The notes beneath the pieces are model-generated. The model did no database searches, was not told the DNA's origin, and saw nothing but the letters and a program-made list of their open reading frames with translations. A stretch of 64,000 nucleotides of DNA from Thermoplasmatales archaeon. GTDB lineage: Archaea; Thermoplasmatota; E2; UBA202; JdFR-43. The translations under genes were made by a program, and so were the position numbers. This document shows, piece by piece, positions 21,508 to 30,220 of the stretch (position 1 is the stretch's first letter; each line of letters opens with the position of its first letter). Where the stretch lies: the NCBI GenBank assembly GCA_014361245.1, contig JACIWB010000001.1, positions 4,622-68,621 of the forward strand, written 5' to 3'.

Positions 21508-21894
21508 TTATTTATGCATTTTAATTTTTGCCATTATTAAAAGAGCCACTGATATTAAAATAATTTCAAACCCTGGTGTTTTTTTGCTGTTCACCTTTAT
21601 TATATCTTCCTTAATAACATTATTATCAACGATTATTGCAATTTCGAAATTCCCTTCATTTGTTGCATTGAATTTCGCAACCCATTTGCCATTTTCATAT
21701 TTCATCTGCTCATAAAAGCAAGCATCTTCATTAGGACAATATTTAAGCTTTACCACACTTGCACTTGTTACATTTTCTATTTCAGCATATACTGTTACAA
21801 CATCCCCAACTTTTGGCTGAGAGGGCTCCCAAGTAACATTTACAGCTCCGGCAAAAGAAGAAAAAAGGATGAGGAAAAGAATCACTGCTTTCAT
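21508..21894 (-). CDS. Small secreted protein with PGF-CTERM archaeal sorting signal
   Basis: Signal peptide; C-terminus KKTPGFEIILISVALLIMAKIKMHK (PGF + TM + basic tail); N-glycosylation sequons. Confidence 0.6.
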   Translation of the reverse strand: MKAVILFLILFSSFAGAVNVTWEPSQPKVGDVVTVYAEIENVTSASVVKLKYCPNEDACFYEQMKYENGKWVAKFNATNEGNFEIAIIVDNNVIKEDIIKVNSKKTPGFEIILISVALLIMAKIKMHK

Positions 21895-22583
21895 ATCTTC
21901 ACCTTGTATATCATTATCTCGTCTCTATATTCATCCCACGCAGAAGTATATCCCTTCACAATTATCTGCGTAAATTTCTCATCTAAAACCTCACTGTTAT
22001 TGTAGTCCTCGTTCCACTTCCACTCAAACGGCGGCTCGCTGTCGCTGTGCATCACTTTCAGCCCGCACCCGCAAGCCATAGGCAGCAGGAAATCAACAAC
22101 TTTTATATCGGATGTTGCATAGACCTCAACATTTATATCTCCAATTACAATCTGCCCCAATATTGGAAATACTTTTATTCCAAAAACATAAATTCCATTT
22201 CTTGGCTTTGTTATCCTGCAGGATGAAAGAGTATGGGGCATACTAACCTGCAATGTTGCTGGCTCACTTTTTGCTCCATGCTCATCTGTTGCTGTAACAG
22301 TAACTACATAAGTTCCCTTTTCCTGCCATGTATGTTTTGCCTCTACCTGCTGGCCAGAATTTACATATGGAGTGCAGAATTCATTTCCATCTCCCCACTT
22401 AAAACAGTAAAATATTTTGTCTCCATCTGGGTCATTTGCAACAGCAGTAAAAGTATATTCCTTTCCCGCTTCACCGCTTGATGGTCCATTTATTGTTGGC
22501 TTCTCTGGTGGATTGTTTGCAATTGCCAGTGCCGAAAAAACAAGCATTCCTACTATAAATATTGTCAGTTTCTTCATATTCAT
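21891..22583 (-). CDS. Secreted PKD-domain protein (short paralog of 22580..23995)
   Basis: First 108 aa nearly identical to the next gene: FTAVANDPDGDKIFYCFKWGDGN...HTWQEKGTYVVTVTATDEHG (PKD signature). C-terminal Ig-like domain related to the C-terminus of the long paralog. The middle Trx module is absent. Confidence 0.6.
   Translation of the reverse strand: MNMKKLTIFIVGMLVFSALAIANNPPEKPTINGPSSGEAGKEYTFTAVANDPDGDKIFYCFKWGDGNEFCTPYVNSGQQVEAKHTWQEKGTYVVTVTATDEHGAKSEPATLQVSMPHTLSSCRITKPRNGIYVFGIKVFPILGQIVIGDINVEVYATSDIKVVDFLLPMACGCGLKVMHSDSEPPFEWKWNEDYNNSEVLDEKFTQIIVKGYTSAWDEYRDEIMIYKVKI
22236..22579. repeat. Copy A of a ~344-bp near-identical direct repeat (5' end of PKD genes)
   Basis: Aligned by eye to 23645..23988 with only 3 mismatches. 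Confidence 0.85.
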
Positions 22584-23995
22584 ATATTTATCACATATAG
22601 ATAGATCTGCTCTTCCGCATAGTTTCCATTCACATCATATGCTCCTATGATAAGAGTATGGCTTCCAAAGGTTCCGTCATATAGGCACTCATATGGTGGC
22701 TCATTGTCATCAAGCAATGTTTCCCCACAAACTGTGAAAACAACATTTTTAACTCCTGAATCATCTGTAACATTTGCCTTCAATGTTATTTTTCCAAAAA
22801 CTATTGCGGTTTCTATGGGCAATGATAATATTTCCCTGTCAAATAGATACAGGCATCCTTTCTTTGGCTTTTCAACAATTATGTTCGGTGGGGTTACATC
22901 ACCCATTTCAAGATTTTCTATTGTAACATTTATTTTTAAAATAGCACCACACTCGCATCCGGTTAGCCAGTCAACTTTAAGATTTAGGTTTAAGTCATGC
23001 ACATCTTGTCCCATGCAATAATTTATTGCATTTTCATATGTTGCTTCATTGCTTGTTCCTCCAACAAGCACCTTTCTTCCACCGTCAAAGAATGCAGTTG
23101 GATAACCGTATAAATTATAATCATTTTTTAATCTATTATAAGCTATACTATTCACATCCCCTATCATGGAAACATAGTAGAAAGGATATACATTCTTATC
23201 AAAAATGCTCTTCAGCGCCCCTCCCATTGCGGGACAATATGGACAATATGTAGCGGTTGCCACTTCTATAAATACTGTATGAGTTGTACCCTCTTTAGAA
23301 TTGCTTCCTTCCTCGCCAGGCCTTGCGGCGGCGCAGGCATCAACATAATATGCATTGAAAGGATTCCTGCTTGGTGGGTATGCGTAACCTTTATGGGGCG
23401 AGGGGTTGAAAAGAGCGGCTATCACCATTATGTTGTCTTCACTCACATCTGGATAATTAGATTGAGAGGGGACCCAATCGACTTCTATATTTGCTTTCTC
23501 CATATAGGGAACATTTACATTTTCGTCATAAGCAAATTCAAGAAAACCAAAGTTGTAAGGATTTTTATTGTAGTCATTCCATCTTGATATTGGCTCTAAA
23601 ATATATATTCTTAATCTTCCACTATATCCAATGCTCTGGCTTAAGGGCATACTAACCTGCAATGTTGCTGGCTCACTTTTTGCTCCATGCTCATCTGTTG
23701 CTGTAACAGTAACTACATAAGTTCCCTTTTCCTGCCATGTATGTTTTGCCTCTACCTGCTGGCCAGAATTTACATATTGAGTGCAGAATTCATTTCCATC
23801 TCCCCAGTCAAAACAGTAAAATATTTTGTCTCCATCTGGGTCATTTGCAACAGCAGTAAAAGTATATTCCTTTCCCGCTTCACCGCTTGATGGTCCATTT
23901 ATTGTTGGCTTCTCTGGTGGATTGTTTGCAATTGCCAGTGCCGAAAAAACAAGCATTCCTACTATAAATATTGTCAGTTTCTTCATGTTTATCAC
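22580..23995 (-). CDS. Secreted PKD-domain + thioredoxin-fold (CPYC) + Ig-like domain surface protein
   Basis: PKD N-terminus; TATYCPYCPAMGGAL...YPFYYVSMIGD...YNLYGYPTAFFDGG (Trx/Grx-like CPYC active site and cis-Pro loop); 471 aa. Confidence 0.6.
   Translation of the reverse strand: MINMKKLTIFIVGMLVFSALAIANNPPEKPTINGPSSGEAGKEYTFTAVANDPDGDKIFYCFDWGDGNEFCTQYVNSGQQVEAKHTWQEKGTYVVTVTATDEHGAKSEPATLQVSMPLSQSIGYSGRLRIYILEPISRWNDYNKNPYNFGFLEFAYDENVNVPYMEKANIEVDWVPSQSNYPDVSEDNIMVIAALFNPSPHKGYAYPPSRNPFNAYYVDACAAARPGEEGSNSKEGTTHTVFIEVATATYCPYCPAMGGALKSIFDKNVYPFYYVSMIGDVNSIAYNRLKNDYNLYGYPTAFFDGGRKVLVGGTSNEATYENAINYCMGQDVHDLNLNLKVDWLTGCECGAILKINVTIENLEMGDVTPPNIIVEKPKKGCLYLFDREILSLPIETAIVFGKITLKANVTDDSGVKNVVFTVCGETLLDDNEPPYECLYDGTFGSHTLIIGAYDVNGNYAEEQIYLYVINI
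23645..23988. repeat. Copy B of the ~344-bp near-identical direct repeat
   Basis: See copy A; mismatches at 3 positions (CFKWG/TPYV vs CFDWG/TQYV in the protein). Confidence 0.85.
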
Positions 23996-24066
23996 CAGTG
24001 GTAAATAATTATTTATATTAAAATTTTGCTCATCATGTAATCATCTGTTTTCAAATAAATAGATAT

Positions 24067-25290
24067 ATGGAAGGACAGGCAAAAAAAGCATCTTTTGGGA
24101 GGGGATGGGATGCCTTTGCAACCAGCCTATCCTTCCAAAATTATAGAAAAAAACAATATATATTAATTTCGTTTTTTTATATTCCATGGCAATTGGTAGC
24201 ATTTGTCATTAATGCAAACTTTTTTAATCGATTTTATATAGCACATATGGAAAATGAGGAAATAAAGCTTCCGGAATTTGATGAAAAAAAATTCAAGGAA
24301 AAGGAAAAGAAAAAAGCAAAGATATATTTTATATCTTTTATTTTTGGATTAATAATGGCAATTCTATGTTCTTTCTTCTGGGTAAATTTGCCATCAAACA
24401 TTAGATGGCTTCTCTGCTTCCTGCTCGCAATTTCTTCAATTGGCTTTCTTGCAAAATTTTTCCAAATATTTAAACTGGATATCAAAAATTTCAGCAAAAA
24501 AGATTGGATTGCTTCAATATTTTATTATTTTATAACATGGTTAGCATTTTTTATACTTTTTATAAATCCACCATTCCATGATGTTTCCCCTCCAAAGATA
24601 GAGGTTGTTGCACTCCCAGAAATTCAGCAGGAAAATGGAACAATAAATCTTTTTGCTCTTATAACAGATAATTCATATGTTAGCAATGTTGTAATAAATA
24701 TATCTGGAAATGAATATGAAATTAAAAAAGATAATAACTCTGTTTATTCCTATAATCTAACCTATCCCGTAAGCGATTATTTCATTGTTGCAAAGGATAA
24801 AAACAATAATGAAGCAAAATATGAAGGAAAAGTCACATATAAAAACAATTTAATAAAGATAGAAAGCGATGAAGTTTTAAATTCCTCATCAGAGATTGAA
24901 ATAAAGGTTTATAAAAACATAAGCAAAAAAGGTTTTAGAGTATTTTATAGAATTGGAGAATATGAGGTAAATGCAACAAAATCAGGAGAGACAGGGGATT
25001 ATTTAATCTATTCAACATCCCCACAATACATTGGATGGAAAAAAAATTCATTAAATGAAATCGAAATATTTGTTGAGGTAATTCACTATTTCCCTGGTAT
25101 AAAAGATGCATATTCAAATAAAATATATGGAGGAAAATATTATTTCCAAACCACCGATGATGCCAATATAGGAGTGCTTGAATCGCCCGTCCCGAAAGAT
25201 TTGCCCCAACCCGAGCCGCTCCGCACGCCTGGCTTCGAACTCGTTTTGCTGATACTTGCAATAGCTTTATTTTTGAGAAAGAAGAAATGA
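24067..25290 (+). CDS. Membrane/surface protein with PGF-CTERM sorting signal (true start may be internal, M at 24247)
   Basis: C-terminus LRTPGFELVLLILAIALFLRKKK; 3-4 N-terminal TM helices then a beta-rich extracellular region with many NxS/T sequons. The 5' 180 nt contain the shared mini-ORF motif (24108..24156). Confidence 0.5.
   Translation: MEGQAKKASFGRGWDAFATSLSFQNYRKKQYILISFFYIPWQLVAFVINANFFNRFYIAHMENEEIKLPEFDEKKFKEKEKKKAKIYFISFIFGLIMAILCSFFWVNLPSNIRWLLCFLLAISSIGFLAKFFQIFKLDIKNFSKKDWIASIFYYFITWLAFFILFINPPFHDVSPPKIEVVALPEIQQENGTINLFALITDNSYVSNVVINISGNEYEIKKDNNSVYSYNLTYPVSDYFIVAKDKNNNEAKYEGKVTYKNNLIKIESDEVLNSSSEIEIKVYKNISKKGFRVFYRIGEYEVNATKSGETGDYLIYSTSPQYIGWKKNSLNEIEIFVEVIHYFPGIKDAYSNKIYGGKYYFQTTDDANIGVLESPVPKDLPQPEPLRTPGFELVLLILAIALFLRKKK
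24108..24156 (+). other. Second copy of the GGAGGGGATGGG...TTGCAACCAGCCTAT motif with mini-ORF MGCLCNQPILPKL* (24115..24156)
   Basis: Seen directly; differs from the ftsZ-upstream copy by a 6-nt insertion (atgcct). Confidence 0.4.
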
Positions 25291-26937
25291 AGCATCGATT
25301 TCAAAAGCAATAACTGGATAGGAAAGTTCAAAATTGCATATTACAGATGGCTTTATTTCTCCAAAATATCCCACTTCTATTCCATTATGAAACAGTGAAG
25401 CACATCTCCCGTCTATAAAAGAAGGATGCTTTTTTTCCTCCAATTCCATTTTCTTTCCAAAGTTTCTTAAAATTGCTTCAACAATTGATTTGCATTCGCT
25501 GAAATTTGTCTTCGCATCTATTTTTACTCCTGATAGCATGGTTTTCTGCTCGATTTTTTTATCGCAAATCTTAACTACATCCCCCGCTTCATATATCTGC
25601 TGTGGCAAACTATGATGCTTATTTTTTGAAAGGATATCAAGTAAAGAAGGAATTAGAGATTGCCTTATTATAGCATGCTCGCTTGATAAGGGATTTTCTA
25701 TTTCAACAGCATTTCCTTCCATTTCCATTTTCCTGAATTCCTTTTCTTTTCCTGAGATATTTAATGTCAAAACCTCATTGAAACCCAGCCCAATCATTGT
25801 AATATGCAACTTCTCATTCGAAAGAGATGAGCCAAATGTAAGCGATTTTGGTAATATTTCATTGAATTTTTCATACCCATACCCCTTAGCTATATCTTCA
25901 ACTATATCAATTTTATGAAGTATATCTATTCTCCATGGGGGAGAAAAAACAACCATTCTATCTCCTTTAAAATGTACCTCATGACCCATTTTTTCAAGCG
26001 CTTCAACAATTTTTTCTTTTTCATCAAAACCAAGCAATTTTTTTATGTATTTTGTTTCTAATTCATTTTTTGAATTTTCAAATTCAGGAGTGCATTTTTC
26101 AACCTCATCCTCTATTTTAACCTGATAAATTTTTCCTCCTCTCTCCGCGAGAGATGTTGATATTATTATTAAAGCATCCTTTACCGCCTTTTTATCGGTT
26201 CCAGTAACATCTATGAATATATTTTTTGTTTTTTCAGTTACTGCTGTTAGCTGACCATTTATTATAGGGGGAAAAGATAAAACACGCTCATGTTTATCAA
26301 TTATTATCGGATATAACTCCTTTCCTTCCAGCAAATGGGCATAGACGATGCCTTTTTCGTGTTTTTCAAGGATTTCCTTTAAATTCATCTCTTCATCTCT
26401 TGCAAGAGGAATAAATCTTATTTCGTCTGGCTTTACTCCCTTATAAACAAATGGTTGTTCAACCTTATCAAAATCATGTACTCCTATAGCAACCTTTTTT
26501 CTATTTTTTCCAATGGATAAATGGAGCTTTTCCTGCAGTTCCATAAGAGAAGCTATAGAATCGCTGTTAAATTTTATATCTTTTATCAGACAACCCATAA
26601 TATAGGGACGAACATCCTTAACACTTTTCTCAACTTTTAAAAAAACATCCGATTTTTCTATTTTATATCTTTTTATTCCTTTTTCTATTCCCATAAAATT
26701 TCTGAGGGCTCTTGCAATCCCTTCGACACTCAACATATCTGGGCGATCTGGAAATATTTCGATGAAAATTTCATCTCCATCAATTTTTTCTATATTTAAT
26801 CCCATACCTGATATTTTTTCTACTAATTCTTCTTTTTTAAATTTTACTCCAATAAGTTCAGTTAAATCGCTACAACTTATGCTGATGACTGGCATCTTTG
26901 GATAATCAAAAAATGATATATCATTTTTTTGATTCAC
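25267..26937 (-). CDS. pheT: Phenylalanine--tRNA ligase beta subunit (archaeal type)
   Basis: 556 aa; B3/4 and B5 domain pattern, archaeal PheT length, class-II-like C-terminal domain. Confidence 0.8.
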   Translation of the reverse strand: MNQKNDISFFDYPKMPVISISCSDLTELIGVKFKKEELVEKISGMGLNIEKIDGDEIFIEIFPDRPDMLSVEGIARALRNFMGIEKGIKRYKIEKSDVFLKVEKSVKDVRPYIMGCLIKDIKFNSDSIASLMELQEKLHLSIGKNRKKVAIGVHDFDKVEQPFVYKGVKPDEIRFIPLARDEEMNLKEILEKHEKGIVYAHLLEGKELYPIIIDKHERVLSFPPIINGQLTAVTEKTKNIFIDVTGTDKKAVKDALIIISTSLAERGGKIYQVKIEDEVEKCTPEFENSKNELETKYIKKLLGFDEKEKIVEALEKMGHEVHFKGDRMVVFSPPWRIDILHKIDIVEDIAKGYGYEKFNEILPKSLTFGSSLSNEKLHITMIGLGFNEVLTLNISGKEKEFRKMEMEGNAVEIENPLSSEHAIIRQSLIPSLLDILSKNKHHSLPQQIYEAGDVVKICDKKIEQKTMLSGVKIDAKTNFSECKSIVEAILRNFGKKMELEEKKHPSFIDGRCASLFHNGIEVGYFGEIKPSVICNFELSYPVIAFEIDASFLLSQK

Positions 26938-27367
26938 ATGGCACTTTCAACAAATTCTCGCCTCTGGATTTTAAATGGCTAAAATGCAGTTAAACATCTT
27001 GCTTTGAGGATGTTTTTTAATGCCCATTTATATATGGAGCCCTATCTTAATTAGTGGCTTATTCTTGCAATAAACCAAGAAGCTATTGACAAATCTTATT
27101 ACATCTATTGCCATGCAACGCCTTTATTTTCTGAATTAGTAAATAATTGGGCAGATTTATGATACCATCTGCCATGCTTCATTATTCTGCATAGTAAAGA
27201 ATTATGGCAATCATAATTTCTATCTTTTTCTTGTCCCAGCAAAAGATATTTTTTCCTAACTAATTCTATTAGTTAGTGTGGCATTTCTTATTTTTTAAAT
27301 TTTCAAATTCTTAAAGTGCCATAAAACCTTACCAAAAAACTTTAATAAATGATTTTAATTTAATCAT

Positions 27368-29515
27368 ATGAAAAAATTAATGGTTTTAGTAGGAGCTATA
27401 ATGATTTTACCTATTGCAATAGCTCAACCTACAATAAATTCCGTAAGTGATGCTCCTGATCCTGTTGAAGTTCCTGGATATAATAATATTACTGCAGATA
27501 TAACAGGAGCAACTAATGCTTATGTTGAAATATATTATCCAAATTCAACATTGAAAGGAAATTATTCAATGACAAATATTCCACCAACGACATGGTATTA
27601 CAATTCAACATATGCCTATCCTGATCCTCTAGGAACATACACATATGTAGTTAAAGCATATGATGGAGTCGATTGGGCAGAATCATCATCCTATACTTTT
27701 ACATTACAAGATACAACATCTCCATCCTCAAGCATTTCAGCAATAACTCCCTACTGGAGAAATTCATCAGTCACAATAACTGCATCTGCAACAGATAATT
27801 ATGCTGTTTCAAATGTATCATTATGGTATCGCTATTCCACAGATAATTCTTCATGGGGAACATGGACTTTCTTTGGAAAGGATGAAAACACTCCATGGCA
27901 GTGGAATTTTAATTTTCCAGATGGGGAGGGCTATTATGAATTTTATTCAATAGCAAATGATACATCCGCAAATACAGAAAGCAAAACAATAGCGGATGCA
28001 ATAGCGGGATATGATGCTTCGTCTCCCTCTTCAAGTGTTGATTCAATGGCATACTGGTATAATACACTTCCTGTTGTAATAACTGCTACCGCAAATGATG
28101 CCTTATCTGGAGTTAAAGAAGTTACCCTCTACTACAGATACAGTGCAAATAATGCAACATGGCAACCCTGGAACATTTTTTCAACAGATACATCTTCTCC
28201 ATGGCAATGGAATTTCAATGCTCCAAATGGAGATGGATATTATCAGTTTTACACAATTGCAAAAGATAATGCAAATAATATAGAAAGCGCTCCTCCAGCG
28301 GCGGATGAAGATGCCGCAATAGATACGCATGCTCCAACTACAATAATTGACCCCTCAGGAGGCTATGTTTCACCTTCTTCTTCAATAACCCTAAACGCAA
28401 CAGATACGCCAGCGGGGATAAATGCAACATATTACCGCATATGGAACGGAAGCTGGTCGCCAGCGCCAGGCACGGGCTATGGAAAGGATAGTAACTTCTC
28501 AATTTACTCTGGAGCTTTTTCCCTTACTACAGCTGGAACAAATTATGTTGAATTTTATAGCGATGATAGATTAGGAAATGAAGAAACAACACATAATGTT
28601 ACCTTCACAGTTGATAATCTGCCACCAGCAATATCTGGTATTTCAGTAAATCCATCAACACAGGTTATCGGAGGATATGTAAATATTTCATGCGATGTAA
28701 GTGATTCGGGGGCGGGTGTGGATAAAGTTTATCTGGTTATAATTTATCCATGTGGTTCGGGAGAATGCAATTTTTCAATGAATTATATAAGCTGTCATAC
28801 ATATTATTTAAATCAGACATATACAACAATTGGGACATATAGCTTTAGGATAGTCGCTCATGATAACGCATGCAACTGGGCAAGCAGCAGCATATACAAT
28901 TTTACAATAACTGGTCCAAATAGCCCACCGATCACATCTTGCATTCTTGACCCTGCCTCGCCAAGCGGAGAAAACGGATGGTATTTGGACAATGTAAATG
29001 TAACATTAAATGCAACTGATCCAGATGGAGATACAATTGTTTATACAAAATATAGAATAGATGGAGGAAGCTGGATAAACTATAATGGAACATTTACTAT
29101 AAGCGATGAAGGAGAGCATCTTTTAGAATTTTATAGTGCGGATGATAAGGGAAATATAGAAAATATAAAAAGTGTCTCTATAAAGATAGATAAATCTGAG
29201 CCATTTGTAACTCTTGAAAGACCAATTCCAGGCTATCTATATCTGTTTGATAGAGCAATCTGGCCTCTTGCAACAGGTAATACGGTTATAATAGGAAGAA
29301 TAGTTGTAAGAGCAATTGCTATAGACCAGCAATCATCTATTGCAAATGTATCATTTTATGTAAATGGATATTTGCAGAATATAGACACGGTTTATCCATA
29401 TGAATGGATATGGCGTGGCTGGATAGGGTATGCATACATAAATGTTGTTGTATACAACAAAGCTGGTTTGTATGAAGAAACTGATCCACTGCTTGTTTAT
29501 ATGATAAGCTTATAA
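27368..29515 (+). CDS. Large secreted protein with three tandem ~100-aa Ig/Fn3-like repeats (putative S-layer/surface protein)
   Basis: Signal peptide; the repeat SSPSSS...ITA(S/T)ATD...(S/T)PWQWNFN(F/A)P(D/N)G(E/D)GYY(E/Q)FY(S/T)IA(N/K)D occurs three times; C-terminal domain related to C-termini of 21891 and 22580 proteins; Ser/Thr/Asn-rich. Confidence 0.55.
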   Translation: MKKLMVLVGAIMILPIAIAQPTINSVSDAPDPVEVPGYNNITADITGATNAYVEIYYPNSTLKGNYSMTNIPPTTWYYNSTYAYPDPLGTYTYVVKAYDGVDWAESSSYTFTLQDTTSPSSSISAITPYWRNSSVTITASATDNYAVSNVSLWYRYSTDNSSWGTWTFFGKDENTPWQWNFNFPDGEGYYEFYSIANDTSANTESKTIADAIAGYDASSPSSSVDSMAYWYNTLPVVITATANDALSGVKEVTLYYRYSANNATWQPWNIFSTDTSSPWQWNFNAPNGDGYYQFYTIAKDNANNIESAPPAADEDAAIDTHAPTTIIDPSGGYVSPSSSITLNATDTPAGINATYYRIWNGSWSPAPGTGYGKDSNFSIYSGAFSLTTAGTNYVEFYSDDRLGNEETTHNVTFTVDNLPPAISGISVNPSTQVIGGYVNISCDVSDSGAGVDKVYLVIIYPCGSGECNFSMNYISCHTYYLNQTYTTIGTYSFRIVAHDNACNWASSSIYNFTITGPNSPPITSCILDPASPSGENGWYLDNVNVTLNATDPDGDTIVYTKYRIDGGSWINYNGTFTISDEGEHLLEFYSADDKGNIENIKSVSIKIDKSEPFVTLERPIPGYLYLFDRAIWPLATGNTVIIGRIVVRAIAIDQQSSIANVSFYVNGYLQNIDTVYPYEWIWRGWIGYAYINVVVYNKAGLYEETDPLLVYMISL

Positions 29516-30220
29516 ATGGACATCTCAATAATAGTTGTTGAGCCAAAATATGCTGGCAATTTAGGCGCAATTGCAAGAATAATGAAAAATTTTGGATTTA
29601 ATAAACTATATGTTGTCTCTCCTTCTTTTGATATAAATAATGATGATTGCAGAAAGTATGCAATGCACGCACAGGAAATAATCGATAAGGCTGAAATTTT
29701 TGAAAATTTTGAAGATGCTATAAAGGATATTGATTATGTAGTTGGAACAACATCAAAGGATAGCAAAAATGAAAAACATCATTTGAGGAAGGCAACTGAT
29801 GTAAGAAAATTTGCAAGAGAAATTTATAAGATAGAAGGAAATATTGGAATTGTTTTTGGAAGAGAGGATTACGGATTGCTTAATGAAGAATTAAAAAAAT
29901 GCGATTTAATAGTTAAGATTCCTGCAAGTGAAGAATATCCTTCTCTCAATCTTTCCCATGCAGTAAATATATTCCTATATGAGCTTTTTATGAACAAATA
30001 TAAGGAAAGAAAGAGAGTTCTTGCGGATGGGAAAGAAAAAGAAAAGCTATATGAATTTTTCAGAATTCTAATGGAAGAGGTGGATTATCCGGAGCATAAA
30101 AGAGAGAATACAGAAATTATGTTTAGAAGAATAATTGGGAGGGCAATGCTATCAAAATGGGAATATCATACCCTTATGGGCGTATTTAAGAAAGCAATAA
30201 ATGCGGTAAAGAAAAAATAA
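29516..30220 (+). CDS. SpoU/TrmH-family RNA 2'-O-methyltransferase
   Basis: 234 aa; SPOUT fold pattern (IVVEPKYAGNLGAIARI..., GTTS..., VFGREDYGL, KIPASEEYPSLNLSHAV). Confidence 0.75.
   Translation: MDISIIVVEPKYAGNLGAIARIMKNFGFNKLYVVSPSFDINNDDCRKYAMHAQEIIDKAEIFENFEDAIKDIDYVVGTTSKDSKNEKHHLRKATDVRKFAREIYKIEGNIGIVFGREDYGLLNEELKKCDLIVKIPASEEYPSLNLSHAVNIFLYELFMNKYKERKRVLADGKEKEKLYEFFRILMEEVDYPEHKRENTEIMFRRIIGRAMLSKWEYHTLMGVFKKAINAVKKK

Noticed and set aside
24233-24241. TTTTATATA as TATA box for an internal start at 24247
   Set aside because: Only ~10 nt upstream of the ATG, too close for an archaeal TATA box (expected about -26 from the TSS); it is more likely incidental AT-rich sequence within the ORF's 5' part.
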